Assembly (NCBI GenBank): GCA_964016885.1
Contig: OZ024743.1
Span: 207,762,001 to 207,826,000 of the forward strand
Source of the DNA: Eledone cirrhosa
Lineage: Eukaryota
DNA length: 64,000 nucleotides
Direction of reading: 5' to 3'
Under the pieces are notes generated by a model that worked only from the letters and a program-made list of their open reading frames with translations, was not told where the DNA came from and did not search any database. Shown here in pieces: positions 11,983 through 24,959 of this stretch. Every line of letters starts with the position of its first letter. Within the stretch, counting starts at the first letter, position 1. Position numbers and translations under genes: made by a program.

Positions 11983-12250
11983 GGTTAAGAAGTTTTCTTT
12001 GCAATCATTAGATTCTGAAATTGTTCCCATTTTGGGCAAGTGTCATTTACTGTAGCTTGGGTCAAACCATTCTTTCTCGGGGAAATTTGGTAGATAGAAA
12101 CTGCTTGGAAGCCTGTTGAATGGATTGCACCTGTAATTCAAGGGGCAAACCTTGTCATACACTGTCATGCTGAATCTCCCTGAGAACTACGTTAAGTGTA
12201 CATGTCTTTGTGGAATGCTCAGCCACTTTCACTTTAATGTCATGATCAGA
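11983..12250 (+). mobile_element. Old SINE family B (tRNA/CORE-like head, CATGCTGAATCTCCCTGAGAA body)
   Basis: TTGGGCAAGTGTC core-like motif; body shared with 12700-13160, 15468-15680, 16340-16670(-) and 43500-43695(-). Confidence 0.7.
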
Positions 12251-12428
12251 TTTCTCCTCCTCCTCCCACTCCTCAACCTTCTTCTTCTAAAGAGTGTGGT
12301 GGAGATAGACATACCTTCCAGGTTGTCCTATCAGAACATCAATCATCTCTAAATGATCCAACCTGGACACCCACCACCATGAAGTGAGACCAACTGAGTT
12401 ACTGAATTTATTATGAATGTTATCTAAC

Positions 12429-12648
12429 CATTTTGTTTGTGGTCTGCATCTGGGTCTCCCCAGTGGCTGGCTTTATCCCAGGTAAGATAGGACGGTAATT
12501 AACCATTGGTGTGGATATTATTTCAGACTTGCCAATATTATTGGTTCTTATATCATTTATGAAATGTCCTACAATATTATCCTCAATATTTGCGTTTAGC
12601 ATCTTGAAATTCGGCAACCTCTCAGGAATAAGTAGAAGCAGCATATTG
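12429..12648 (-). CDS. Candidate internal exon of the minus-strand gene (NMLLLLIPERLPNFK...TQMQTTNKM)
   Basis: Unique-sequence open frame of 73 codons; GTTAGA donor; TTAG acceptor with a weak pyrimidine tract; phase 2 start is compatible with the 13262-13453 exon. Confidence 0.45.
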
Positions 12649-12699
12649 CTAACACACTGTAGCTAGCTCACAATTGATGTAGATGTAGAGCTAAACTCC

Positions 12700-13165
12700 T
12701 AAAACCCATAGCTTCAGGTCAACCTAGGTCTTGTGAGTGAAACTGGGTAGACAGAAACTGTGTGGAAGTCTGTCAGATAGACTCTACCTGTAATTCTAAG
12801 AGCCAGCCCTGTCACACACTGTATCATGCTGAATTTCCCTGAGAATCATGCTAAAAATACATTTCTGTGGAATACTCAACCACTTTAATTCCGTGAGTAG
12901 GTTCTGTTGATCAAATAACTGGTTAACACTGATCATTGAATCTCCCTGAGAATTACATTAAGAGTACACATGTCTGTGGAATACTCAGCCTCTTATGTTA
13001 ATTTCATGAGCAGGCTGTTCTGTTGATCAAACAACTGGACTAGTCATCTTCACAACTGACTGAGGTCCATTCCATGTGTCTGTGCAATATTCAGCCACTT
13101 AGATTTTAATTTCATCAGCAGGCTGTTGCATTGATCATCTTCACAACTGACTGAGGTCCATTCCA
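12700..13165 (+). mobile_element. SINE family B with internally reiterated 3' body
   Basis: CTGTGGAATACTCA segment repeated three times; homologous to 11983-12250. Confidence 0.7.
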
Positions 13166-13261
13166 ACACCAAAATTACTGTTCTTTGTCCTTGATATTGA
13201 TATTATTACAGCAAGACCTAGTTGGCTCACATCAACTGTTTATTTTACATATTACTCTCAC

Positions 13262-13453
13262 GTGCAAATGTGTGATACTTTGAAATTAGTTCCTTCAATT
13301 CCAATGAATGTTCTTTTATACAATTCACTCCACTTCCATATCACATCTGCTTTTATCAGTTGGCAAAATGTCTTTGAATTTCTTCCTAGGTTGGAATGAA
13401 TTGTGCCAAATAATTTAGTAATTCCCCAAAGCTGTTTAATTTGGCTTCGTTTA
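13262..13453 (-). CDS. Candidate internal exon (KRSQIKQLWGITKLFG...FKVSHIC), 192 nt, phase 2-2
   Basis: Acceptor TTTTAATATCCAG, donor GTGAG, only one open frame, unique sequence. Confidence 0.55.
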
Positions 13454-13571
13454 CTGGATATTAAAACTATTTCATTCAACTGTTTTGGTTTGTTTCTTTG
13501 TTTATTTTTCTAGATAATAAATAAATAAATTATATATATATATGCAATCTTTTTCAGTTTTAAGATACATT

Positions 13572-13607
<36 letters not shown>

Positions 13608-13608
13608 G

Positions 13609-14808
13609 CACACATGGAAGCAGGGACTAGAAAGAAAGGGTCTCAAAGTCAACATGACAAAGACTAAGGTCCTTGTAAGTAGATGAAAATACAGAACCCA
13701 GATCCCCTCAGGGAAATGGCCTTGCTCAGTATGTAGGAAAGGTGTAGGTAGGAACTCCATTCTCTGCCCCAAATGCAAACAATGGGTACACAAGAGATGT
13801 AGCGGGATCTCGGGAAGCTTAATTAAGAATGTAGGCTTCACATGTAGCAGCTGTGCTGGGACAGCAAGCAGCAAACAGCCACAGGAAACAAGAACCACCA
13901 ATCTCTGGGAGGGCTCTGTAGAAACAGTAGACAGCTTCTGCTACCTAGGTGACCGAATTAGCAGCGGAGGTGGGTGTTCAGAAAGTTCAATAACTAGGGT
14001 AAGAACAGGATGGAAGAAGTTTAGGGAACTACTGCCACTGCTAGCTGCAAAAGGCTTTTACCTCAAAATGAAAGGCAGACTGTATGATGCGTGTATCCGA
14101 ACAGCAATGTTACATGGTATTGAGACCTGGGCGCTGAAGGTGGAAGACTTACGTAGATTAGAAAGAAACGAAGCTTGCATGCTCCGATGGATGTGTAATA
14201 GTAATATACGCGAACAGCAAAGCATAAATGAATTGAGAGAGAGACTGAGCATAAGAGGAATCAAATGCTGTGTGCAGGAGAGGCGGTTGTGTTGGTATAG
14301 ACATGTGATGCGTATGAAGGATGACAGCTGCATAAAAAGGTGCAGAGCACTAGAAGTCAATGGAAACTGCGGAGTGGGGAGACCCAAGAAGAACTGGGAT
14401 GCGGTGATAAAAGCCGACCTTACCCAATTACACCTCTCAAAGGCGATGACACACGACCGTGACCTCTGGCGTCATGCAGTAATACAGAGTACCCGACCTC
14501 CCATGGGTACAAGCTGAAGCATATAGACAATATGCCCCCACACCCTCCCACTGCAAAGTGGTCGTGGAGGTGCCACGGCAAAAAAGCACCCAGCCCACAC
14601 TGTAAAGTGGACGTGTAGGCGCCACGGAAGAAAAGCACCCAGCACTCAGTGTAAATGAGGTTGGTGTTAGGAAGGGCATCCAGCTGTAGAAATCAAGCCA
14701 AAATCAGTTTCTGTATGAGCAAGGCATGGTCAGCCAACCAGACACTGCCCACAACAGGACAACCCGTCTAACCCATGCTAGCATGGAAGAACGGTGATGA
14801 TGATGATA
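13609..14808 (+). mobile_element. 5'-truncated RTE-clade LINE (PHD-like Zn finger, RT C-terminus, 3' UTR, (GAT)n tail), decayed
   Basis: GKWPCSVCRKGVGRNSILCPKC...HKRC and GRLYDACIRTAMLHGIETW...RLCWYRHVMRM...GRPKKNW motifs; stop codons present. Confidence 0.93.
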
Positions 14809-15009
14809 TTTATATATATGCAGTCTTTTTCAGTTTTAAGACATTTTTTTTTAAATCATATAAAATGCAATAATATTTCTCAAAACCTGGTTGTCATTTG
14901 TTTAATGTTTTGTCACATTCTTTCTCTGATTTTTTCCAATATCGTTATGTCACCTGAGACTTTGCTGATGTTGATTTCATTTCTAAAACTCTTATTTGTT
15001 ATTTTCACA

Positions 15010-15125
15010 TGTGTGGTTTAGTGGTTTGAGAATTGGATTCACAATTGTGAGGTTGTGAGTTCGATTCCCAGACCAGGTGATGCATTATGTCCTTGAGCAA
15101 GACACTTTACTTCATGTTGCTCATT
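15010..15125 (+). mobile_element. tRNA/CORE-type SINE head, family C
   Basis: TGGTTTAGTGG A-box, GAGTTCGATTCC B-box, CCTTGAGCAAGACACTT core; homologous to 20227. Confidence 0.75.
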
Positions 15126-15257
15126 CTGCCAGGAGTTGCAACAGGGAGATAGTATCAGCAATGGATATGACAAGTTCCACTCCACTTACTAAGTGAATGA
15201 GATCTGGGATATTGTCCATCAATTCAATATTATTTGCTGCAATTCTTTAAATGCTGA

Positions 15258-15430
15258 GTTTTAAGTGGTAACATTCCGCAACAATTAATTTTCTTTATAC
15301 ATTAAAAAAAAAACATTACTAGTAATCCCATATGTTATAAAATAAATAGGATTGGTTGGGGTTCTCTATGTAAACTAAATGACTAATTCTGTTTTTTTTA
15401 AATATCAACAAAGACAACCTAGAAAAATTC
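15258..15430 (+). mobile_element. Fragment of a dispersed MITE-like repeat
   Basis: TTTTAAGTGGTAAC...GTTATAAAATAAATAGGAT...GACAACCTAGAAAA shared with 31910-32150, 36910-37080(-) and 49593-49960. Confidence 0.7.
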
Positions 15431-15799
15431 CAACTCCCCTCCCCTTTTATTCCACACCCATCCATCCTTGTGAGTGAAATTGAGTAAGTGGAAACTTTTG
15501 AAGCCCATCAGATGGACTTTACCTGTAAATCAAAGGGCCAGCCCTGTCAGTCATGCTGAATCTCCCTGAGAAATATGCTACGGGTAGATATATCTGTGGA
15601 ATGCTCTGTTACTTAAGAGTAAATTTCATGAGTGAGATGTTCCTTTGAACAAGTGGAACACTAATAGTTGAAAACAATGACAAAGCATCCATTTTCTTCC
15701 TTCCAAGAATATAATACCTTCTGGTGACATGTCATGGTGATCACAGATTAAACTAATCACACAATAGTATGACATGTTGTCGTGATCACATTAAACGAA

Positions 15800-16050
15800 T
15801 CAAAAGATAGTATGATAGAAAGATGTAAATATTTAGAATAGTATTTTATCTCTAAGATCAGATTGAACATCTGGAAGATAGTATGGTAGAAAGATGTTAA
15901 ATATCTGGACGATAGTATGGTAGAAAGATGTTAAACATCTGGAATATAGTATGATAGATAGATGTTAAATATCTGGAAGATAGTATTGCAGAAAGATGTT
16001 AAATATTTAGAATAGTATTTTATCTTTAAAGATCAGGTTAAACATCTGTA
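15800..16050. repeat. Degenerate ~33-bp tandem repeat (GATAGTATGGTAGAAAGATGTTAAATATCTGGA)
   Basis: Visible reiteration, 5-6 units. Confidence 0.8.
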
Positions 16051-16339
16051 AAATTGTAATTATATTAACAACAACTCATTTCAAACATTTAGACTATAGA
16101 TTTTTGTTTTCCATTCATGAAATTATAGATTGGGTCTTATCACTTTCATACCTCCTTCAAGTCTTTCCATCCATTAAGTTATATGATGCAGCAGAATCTA
16201 TAATGAAACACATCACATTTATAATCGATCTGCATTGATTGTTGAGTTGTTCAAATGCTCTTTATTGAATATTGAAGAATAAGGATCCCTTGTATTATTT
16301 TCTATAACTATATTGACCTTGCTACAGTAACTATCAAAT

Positions 16340-16670
16340 GAAATGGTCCTCCATCGCTGGTTTTGATGATCACAGTTCCAGTTGTTCAATCAATGGAACA
16401 GCCTGCTCATTAAATTAACATCTTAGTGGCTGAGTATTCCACAGACACGTGTACTCGTAACACAATTCTCAAGGAGACTCAGCATGACACAGTGTGTCAC
16501 AATACTGGCCCTTTGAATTATATGTACTATTCACCCAACAGACTTCCAAATTGCTTCCATCTACCAAATTTCACTAACAAGGTATGGATCAATCCAAGAT
16601 GTCACACAGTGAGATTGAACCTGGGGCCTAATGATTGTGAAGTAAACTTATTAACTACCCAGCCATGCTG
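16340..16670 (-). mobile_element. SINE family B
   Basis: Reverse complement has a tRNA-like head (GCATGGCTGGGTAGTTAA...GGTTCAATCTC) and the family B body. Confidence 0.75.
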
Positions 16671-16807
16671 CATCCACTGAATTTATGTATACAGAAATTA
16701 AATATCTCAAATCATTTGAGTACTGCAGCCTGGCAACAGAACTCCAGAGTTTGACATTGGCCAAACAATTAAACCTGATGAATTCAACAAGATTTACTGG
16801 TTATCTC

Positions 16808-17217
16808 AAGTCTAAGTCTAAAGTCTCTCAAGCCAGGAAGCTCATCAGGCCAGTGCTTATCCCAGTTTCCTTGGCACGAAGTGACTGAGGGTACAAGACT
16901 CACCCCTGGAAAGGACACCAATCCATTGCAGGGTTGAAGTCTGACTCAAGCCAGGAGACTTATCAGGCCAGTGCTTATCTCGGTTTCTGTGGTGTGAAGT
17001 AACAGAGTACAAGAGTTCCCCCTGGAAAGGACACTAGTCCATTGCATGGTTAAACCCTCAACTATTGCTGGTACTCGTTCTCAGTTGAATGTACTAGAGC
17101 AACATGTAATGAAGTGTTTTTCTCAAGAACACAACACACAATACTCAGTACATAAATCAAACCCACAACATTATGATTGAAAGTCCAACACACTTCCCAC
17201 TAGGCCACATGCTTCCA
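16808..17217 (-). mobile_element. tRNA/CORE SINE with a V-like domain (TGCAATGGACTAGTGTCC...CCAGGGG), 3' part duplicated, (AGACTT)n tail
   Basis: Head at 17217 on the minus strand; 16808-16935 repeated at 16937-17055; related 3' end at 38995-39110(+). Confidence 0.7.
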
Positions 17218-17503
17218 TCTGAAAATGCAAAAGTCAAAAGCTGTTTAAAGTTGCTTGTTTACTGTTTTATAAACCAATCTATCATAGCCATACAGTTGTG
17301 TTGTAGTTAATTAAATTACATATTGGTGCACGCTTCTGAAAATCTCTCGTATAATTAGTATCAATATATTATAGCACTGCAGTACTGGACTTACTTATAG
17401 GCTAAATAAGTTATAGCTTAGGGCCACACACCCTCAGGGACCTCATCTTTTAAAATATATTTTTATTTTATCATTAGTTTTTATTCTTTAACACTAATCA
17501 TAA

Positions 17504-17542
<39 letters not shown>

Positions 17543-18169
17543 TATATATATATATATAATATAGAAATGGCTTCTACAGGACTAGAGCTGTTTCATTCGA
17601 AGGAAATCATCGGGAAAGCACTCTGCTATGTATTGAGTACCTTATTTACTGTGGTTACCCCCGATTGAACTCGGGATACACACACACATATATATATATA
17701 TAATTTATTTTTTATCATTAACATTAATATAAAAAATACTACAAAGAATGGTGTTCGCATGTGTGGAGATGTTATAATATAGTTTATAAAATAGCTCCCA
17801 GATACCAGCAAGGCACTTTACATAATCTTCATTTTAACACTAATGGGGGAACCCCCCTCCCCTCTTTCAATAGTTCTACTCATTGATGCCAGTACATAAT
17901 CTTTATTGTGGCTATGATGGGGCACCCCGCCCCCCATTTTTCACTCATAGTGATCACAGTATTTATATTCATTGTGGCTATGATGGGGATAACCCCCCCT
18001 CCGCCCCTTTCAACAGTTTTAGTTGCTCTTATCTCCATTTTGTACTCGTATTCATCTCTATTTGTCCAATGGCTAAGTCACTTCTGGAGATAAAAGAATG
18101 TATCTTCAATCCCCTTGTCTCTCTGTCACTATCCAGTTCTATCATTCATCATATTCAGCAAATTAAAGA

Positions 18170-18430
18170 GATTGCAGTTTATGTCATCACTAATCTGCTT
18201 GATATAGGTCTTGGCTTGTCATCCTTTACTAGCTCTTCCTTGTGTTGGTTACCACAAAAGAAAGATTGCAGTTTGTGTCATCACTAATCTGCTTGATATA
18301 GGTCTTGGCTTGTCATCCTTTACTAGCTCTTCCTTGTGTTGGTTACCACAAAAGAAAGATTGCAGTTTGTGTCATCACAAATCTGTTTGATATAGGTCTT
18401 GGCTTGTCCTCTGCTAGTTCTTCTTTGTGT
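18170..18430. repeat. 94-bp tandem triplication
   Basis: GATTGCAGTTT at 18170, 18264 and 18358. Confidence 0.92.
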
Positions 18431-18925
18431 CTTATCTTATCTTATCTGTCCCATAGTCTGGTGGACCGTTAGGGCACCACAGATGACCTGGTAACCAGCT
18501 CCTTCCATTCCTCTCACCTCTCCACCTTCCTCGTGGTTGCACCCTGCCTTCTGCCTGTCCATTCCAGAATATTGTCCTCCTATCTCTTTCTCTGTCTGCC
18601 TCTCCTCTTTCTTCCTTGTACTGTTCCCTGCAGGGCAGTCTTGGCAAGCCCTGAAGATCTTGTCACGTGCCCATACCATCTCAATTTGCGTTGGTTTATA
18701 ATGGTCAAAAGGTTTCATAGTGCCCGATGGCTTGCCAAATTCTGTTTTGCACCTCCTCATTGGAGATGCAGTTTCTGTAGGTGATGCCAAGAAGGTTTCT
18801 AAAGCATCTCATCTCCATAGCCTGTATTCTTCTCTCCAGATCTGCTGTTATTGTCCAAGACTCACAGGCATACAAGAATGACTTCACTAATAATTTCATC
18901 TTTAGCTCTCTAGCAATGTCCTGTA
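18431..18925 (-). mobile_element. RTE/BovB-type LINE 3' fragment with (GATAA)n tail
   Basis: FLYACESWTITADLERRIQAMEMRCFRNLLGI and LRWYGHVTRSSGLAKTALQGTVQG...RGRQRKR motifs; frameshifted. Confidence 0.9.
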
Positions 18926-19374
18926 AATCTGACTCTACATTCTTTGATGATGCCTGATACTGGACGAAGGTTCTCATGGTAGTAGCAGTAGTAGTAGTAA
19001 TAGTAGTCTTGAAATATATTTCTGACCTATTTCTTGTTCTCCTGCAATATTGGAAACCTTCCATGGTGTGTTTCTGCCAATTTCTCTTTTTATTTCATAC
19101 TTTAGGTGAAATATTGATTGAGATGGTCAAAGCTTTTATTAACTAAAAGTATGTCTGTCAAACTGCTTCTCGTAGTTTTTATATGCTGGTCAAACTGCTT
19201 CATATATATCTTGGTCACTTCTCTCTAGTTTGATGGTGTTAGTCATTTCTCTCTAGTTTTTATATCTTGATCACTCTAAGCATCGCTAAATATTTAGGCC
19301 AACTACTTTTCATTTTCTTTTCTCTAAATAATTTAGTTTTGCAATAAAAACTAGAAAAACAACAAAAAAGGTTA

Positions 19375-19790
19375 CCATCATCATCACCATCAACATCACT
19401 GTTTAATGTCCATTTTTCCACACTAGCATGGGTTAAACGAGTTGTCCTGTTGTGAGACAAGATAAATCAGATGACCATGTCTTGCTCATACAGAAGCGTT
19501 TCTGGCTTGGTTTCTATGGCTGGATGACCTTCCTTATGCCAACCACAATACAAGGTGGGTTGGGTGCCTTTTGACCTATCACCAACACAACCACATTACA
19601 GGCTGGACTGGATTCTATTTGTCATGTCACCAACACAACCACATTTCAGGGTGGACTGGGTGCTATTTGCATGTCACCAACACAACCACATTACAGGGTG
19701 GACTGGATTCTATTTGTCATGTCACCAACACAACCACATTTCAGGGTGCACTGAGTGCTATTTATCATGTAACCAACACAACCATATGTA
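19375..19790 (-). mobile_element. RTE-type 3' UTR fragment with internal ~49-bp tandem expansion (19565-19785)
   Basis: (CAT)n tail, CTAGCATGGGTTA motif; TCACCAACACAACCACATT repeated ~5 times. Confidence 0.75.
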
Positions 19791-20226
19791 ACTACATGTT
19801 TGTCTTCAGCTTGTTACTACATGTTAATCTTCACTACATGTTAATCTTCAGCTTGTTACTACATGCAGAAGCAGCAGCAGCAGCAGCAGCAGTAGCAGTA
19901 GTAGTAGTAGTAGTAGTAGTTGTTGTAATAGTAGTAGTAGTAGTAGTAGTAGTAGTAGAGGGTATTTAGTTAAGTAGATTTCATTGTGGCAAAAGTATTG
20001 TAGTGTTGATGGTAGAGAAAATATAGGAGGAAATTAAATCTGGTAATGGCACCACCTCCCTCCTCACACCACCTCCATCCTCATCTCCATCCTCACACAC
20101 CACTTCCCTCCTCACACCACCACACCGAAAAAAGGAAATATTTATTTGTCTGATGCAGAAATACTGAGATGATAGGGTCAACAGGATAAAGGTTTATCAC
20201 AGACAGACAGGTATATATAAATATAT

Positions 20227-20626
20227 GAAGGCACATGGCTTAGTGGTTAGAGCATTGGCCTTGCAATCGAAAGGTTGTGAGTTCAATTCTCGGACCGGGT
20301 GATGTGTTGTTTCCTTGAGCAAGACACTTTATTTCACATTGCTCCAGTTTACTCAGCTGTAGAAATGAGATGATAGGACTAGGGTCCCTATCAGTCCACT
20401 GCAAAGTGGTCGTGGAGGTGCCACGGCAAAAAAGCACCCAGCACTCACTGTAAATGAGGTTGGTGTTAGGAAGGGCATCCAGCTGTAGAAATCAAGCCGG
20501 AATCAGTTCCCGTATGAGCAAGATAAGGTCAGCTGACCGGATACTGCCCACAATAGGACAACCCGTCTAACCGATGGTAGCGTAGAAGAACGGATGTAAA
20601 ACGGTGATGATGATGATGATGATGAT
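20227..20626 (+). mobile_element. Composite SINE: tRNA/CORE head joined to RTE 3' UTR and (GAT)n tail
   Basis: GGCTTAGTGGTTAGAGC A-box, GAGTTCAATTC B-box, CCTTGAGCAAGACACTT; from ~20396 near-identical to the RTE UTR at 21866-22093. Confidence 0.85.
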
Positions 20627-22095
20627 GTCAATCTGGAAAAAGCCTTCGACAGAGTCCCCCATGCTATAATCTGGTGGGCTCTTAGAAAATTAGGAGTAGA
20701 TGAATGGCTTGTGAAAGCTGTACAAGCCATGCATAGAGGAGCAGTCAGCAACGTTATGGTTAGCAATGACTATAGCGAGGAATTTAGCATACAGGTCGGT
20801 GTTCATTATAGTTTTGCAGGCAATAACAGAGGAGTTTAAGACCGGATGCCCATAGGAACTCCTGTATGCGGATGATCTCGCACTTATAGCTGAATCTATG
20901 GTGGAACTAGTGAAGAAATTCCAAACATGGAAGCAGGGACTAGAAAGAAAGGGTCTCAAAGTCAACCTGACAAAGACTAAGGTCCTCGTTCGTAAGTAGA
21001 CGAGAAAACAGAACACAGATCCCCTCAGGGAAATGGTCTTGCTCAGTATGTAGGAAAGGTGTAGGTAGGAACTCCATCCTCTGCCCCAAATGCAAACAAT
21101 GGGTACACAAGAGATGTAGTGGGATCTCAAGAAGCTGAACTAAGAATGTAGGCTTCACATGTAGCAGCTGCGCTGGGACAGTAAGTAGCAAACGGCCACA
21201 GGAAACAATCACCACCAAACTCTGGGAGGGCTCTGTAGAAACAGTAGACAGCTTCTGCTACCTAGGTGACCGAATTAGCAGCGGAGGTGGGTGTTCAGAA
21301 AGTTCAATAACTAGGGTAAGAACAGGATGGAAGAAGTTTAGGGAACTACTGCCACTGCTAGCTGCAAAAGGCTTTTACCTCAAAATGAAAGGCAGACTGT
21401 ATGATGCGTGTATCCGAACAGCAATGTTACATGGTATTGAGACCTGGGTGCTGTCTGTAGAAGACTTATGTAGATTAGAAAGAAACGAAGCTTGCATGTT
21501 CCGATGGATGTGTAATAGGTGTAATAGGTGAACTGTAAAGCATAAACGAATTGAGAGAGAGACTAAGCATAAGAGGAATCAAATGCTGTGTGCAGGAGAG
21601 GAGGTTCCGTTGGTATGGACATGTGATGCATCTGAAGGATGACAGCTGCATAAAAAGGTGCAGAGCACTAGAAGTCGATGGAAACCGTGAAGTCGGGAGA
21701 CCCAAGAAGACCTGGGATGAGGTGATAAAAGCCGACCTTACCCAATTGCACCTCTCAAGGGCGATGACACACGACCGAGACCTCTGGCGTCATGCAGTAA
21801 TACAGAGTACCTGACCTCCCATGGGTACAAGCTGAAGTATATAGACAATATGCCCCCACACCCTCCCACTGCAAAGTGGTTGTGGAGGTGCCACGGAAAA
21901 AAAGCACCCAGCACTCACTGTAAATGAGGTTGGTGTTAGGAAGGGCATTCAGCTGTAGAAATCAAGCCAGAATCAGTTCCAGTATGAACAAGACAAGGTC
22001 AGCCGACCAAACACTGCCCACAACAGGACAACCCGTCTAACCCATGCTAGCCTGGAAGAACGGACGTAAAATGGTGATGATGATGATGATGATGA
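20627..22095 (+). mobile_element. 5'-truncated RTE LINE, decayed (RT domain 3 to 3' end)
   Basis: VNLEKAFDRVP, ELLYADDL, PHD-like finger, RWYGHV, GRPKKTW; stops and deletions; (GAT)n tail; very similar to 13609-14808. Confidence 0.95.
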
Positions 22096-22185
22096 TATAT
22101 AGATAGGTAGATAGATAAACAGACAGGCAGATAGACAGATAGAAAGATATATATATATCTTTCTGTCTGTCTATCTGGACAGACA

Positions 22186-23184
22186 TTGAGTCCTGGACAC
22201 ACCAACAAGAATCCAAGCGCAAGAAGGAACAGATCTAAGGCCGTTACCTGGTTTAATGCGCCTTACTCCAAACATGTACGCACCAACGTGCCAGGACTTT
22301 TCTTCCGAGCACTAGATGAGTGCTTTCCGCCGATGAACAAGTACCACAAAATCTTCAACCGCCACACGGTGAAATTTTCCTTCTTCACAGCGCCGAATAT
22401 GGCCGACTACATGGCTAAAACTAACGCGGTAAAGATGCCGCACACTGGCCGTCAACCGTAGCGACAGAGTGACCGTATTTCGGAGCGCGGAGAACCACCC
22501 AGGGACCTGCCCTCAAATGACAACCTGACCCCCGAGGCGACCAGAGCGCCCGCGGAGGGTGATGTGGTCCAACGCCGAGAGGGAACTAGTGGCATGGGGG
22601 AGACAATAGTGTCGGCAGAACAACACCCTGGGAACCTTGAGAGAGCCATAACAGATCGGAGCCCGGACATCAGATGCATAAGAACTGACAGCAGAACTTG
22701 TAACTGTAGAGCAGGCACCCGGTGCCCCCTACAGGGAAAATGCTTGATGAAAGACGTAATATACAAGTCTGTGGTTACAACCCAAAACACGCATCGCACC
22801 TATATTGGTGCAACATCCACGACCTTTAAATCGCAGATGTATAATCACACAAATTCCTTCAGGGACCGTAGCAAAAGGCACTCCACTAGGTTAGCGGACC
22901 TGGTGTGGGACCTGAAAGACCACGGCACTCCGTACGCCCTGGAATAGAGTATCGTTTGCCACGTGAGGGCATATTCGGCTGGAAGTAGAAAGTGCCGATT
23001 GTGCCTACACGAGGCCATGGAGATAGTCAGACTGCAGAACGACGCCGTCAACCTGAAGTCTGAAATTATCATGACATGCAGACACCAGAGAAGATGCACA
23101 TTTGCAGCATGGAATCCTTCAGGTGACGCAGGCAGGGGGCATGGGAACGGGTACGCACAGACCCGATTGGCCCAACGGGATTAG
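22186..23184 (+). mobile_element. Penelope-like element (Neptune-like): RT thumb, Cys linker and GIY-YIG endonuclease; 5'-truncated with in-frame stops
   Basis: TWFNAPYSKHVRTN...HKIFNRHTVKFS; CNCR...CPLQGKC; VIY...YIG; CRLCLHE...NLKSEI...CRH. Confidence 0.92.
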
Positions 23185-24048
23185 GGGATCTGACGCCATG
23201 CCATGATAACGGTGTGCGACCTGTGAGGCAAACATATGTAAACCAGGGGCACACCTGACTGAGCACACAACATTGGAAGATACTTCACATGGGCCGAGAC
23301 CGGCTAACACGGGGCCCACTGCCGCCCGGTCCTGTGCCCTAAACATATAGAACAGTACACCACAGCCACGGTGGCATGCCCCATGGTGACCGGGACGGGC
23401 GTCTCCATGAATGTATACCCCGTCAATCGTGACTATATACTCTCCTCGTGTTCCACTTTGGAACAATGATTATTACTGTCATTATTGTTCTATTATTGTT
23501 CTGTTACTGTTACCTGTTCTACACACGGACACAGGTTTGCACCTCAGACTACCTGTGTATAGTATATCACATGGATACACGCACCTTCTCCTGTACCCCC
23601 CCCCCTGTTTTTTGTTTTTTTATTCTACCTATTTATGCAGTTACATACAGATTTTAATGTACACTAATATATTGTAAATTTATTTATTTATTTATTTTGC
23701 TTTATTATCATAGTGTTTATATTCGCGTGTTTTATGTGTGGACATGTGCGTAGACATATGTATGTGTGTGTGTGTGTAGATATGTATATATATGTATATA
23801 TATACGTGGGTGTGTGCAGGGGGGGGGGGGGGGTATATGGGCATGTGTGTATGAGCTTATGTGCGCGTGTATGTGCAGACTGGGGCATTTATGTACATAT
23901 GTGGCAGAATGTGTGTGTATGTGTGTATATGTATGTGTATATATGGATATATATGTATGTATGTCTATATATGTGTGTGTATGTACGTATAGCCACGTAT
24001 GAGTAGATGTGTGTGTGTGGGTGAGTAAGTGTGTACATATGTGTATGC

Positions 24049-24098
<50 letters not shown>

Positions 24099-24338
24099 AT
24101 ATATATATGTGCGGGTGCGAGTGTATGCATATGTGGGCCTCTATATGTATGGATGTGTATTTGTGCATACATGTAGGTGTTGATGTGCATCACACCTGAA
24201 TGTGTACGGATGATTATATATGGAGTATATATGCTTTTTATTATTACTATTATTCTTGTTGTATTACTTTATCACATATCCTTTGTATATATGCGTATAT
24301 GATATGTATGTATGAATCTGTGTACATGTATGTGTGTG

Positions 24339-24399
<61 letters not shown>

Positions 24400-24577
24400 G
24401 GATATATATATATATATATATATCATATTGTATGTTATATTTTATATGTTATAGTTTATGTTACAGTAATTTACCGTTAGTTTATGGTATATTGTTTTTT
24501 ATTGTATAATGTATCTTTAACCTTTAATTTACGGTTTTGTTTATATTTGTATATGTGGAAGCACATATGTGTGCTGG

Positions 24578-24628
<51 letters not shown>

Positions 24629-24921
24629 TATTATATATTATATTTTATATATTATATTTTATGTTACAGTAATGTACCGTTAGTTTATGGTATATTGTTT
24701 TTTATTGTATAATGAACTTTTATTTACGGTTTTGTTTATATTTGTATGTGTGGAAGCACATATGTGTGCAGGTAAATATGCCTATGTGCAGGTGTATGCA
24801 TGTGGCAGCACGTGTGCGTATGCATATATAGATGTATATATGTTGGCATATGCGTGGGTATATATATGTGTATATATGTGGCTGTGCGAATGCATGTTAG
24901 GTTGTTGTTTTTTGTGTATAT

Positions 24922-24959
<38 letters not shown>

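Noticed and set aside
16152-16197. Minus-strand exon with good AG/GT signals
   Set aside because: All three frames contain stops; could only be non-coding
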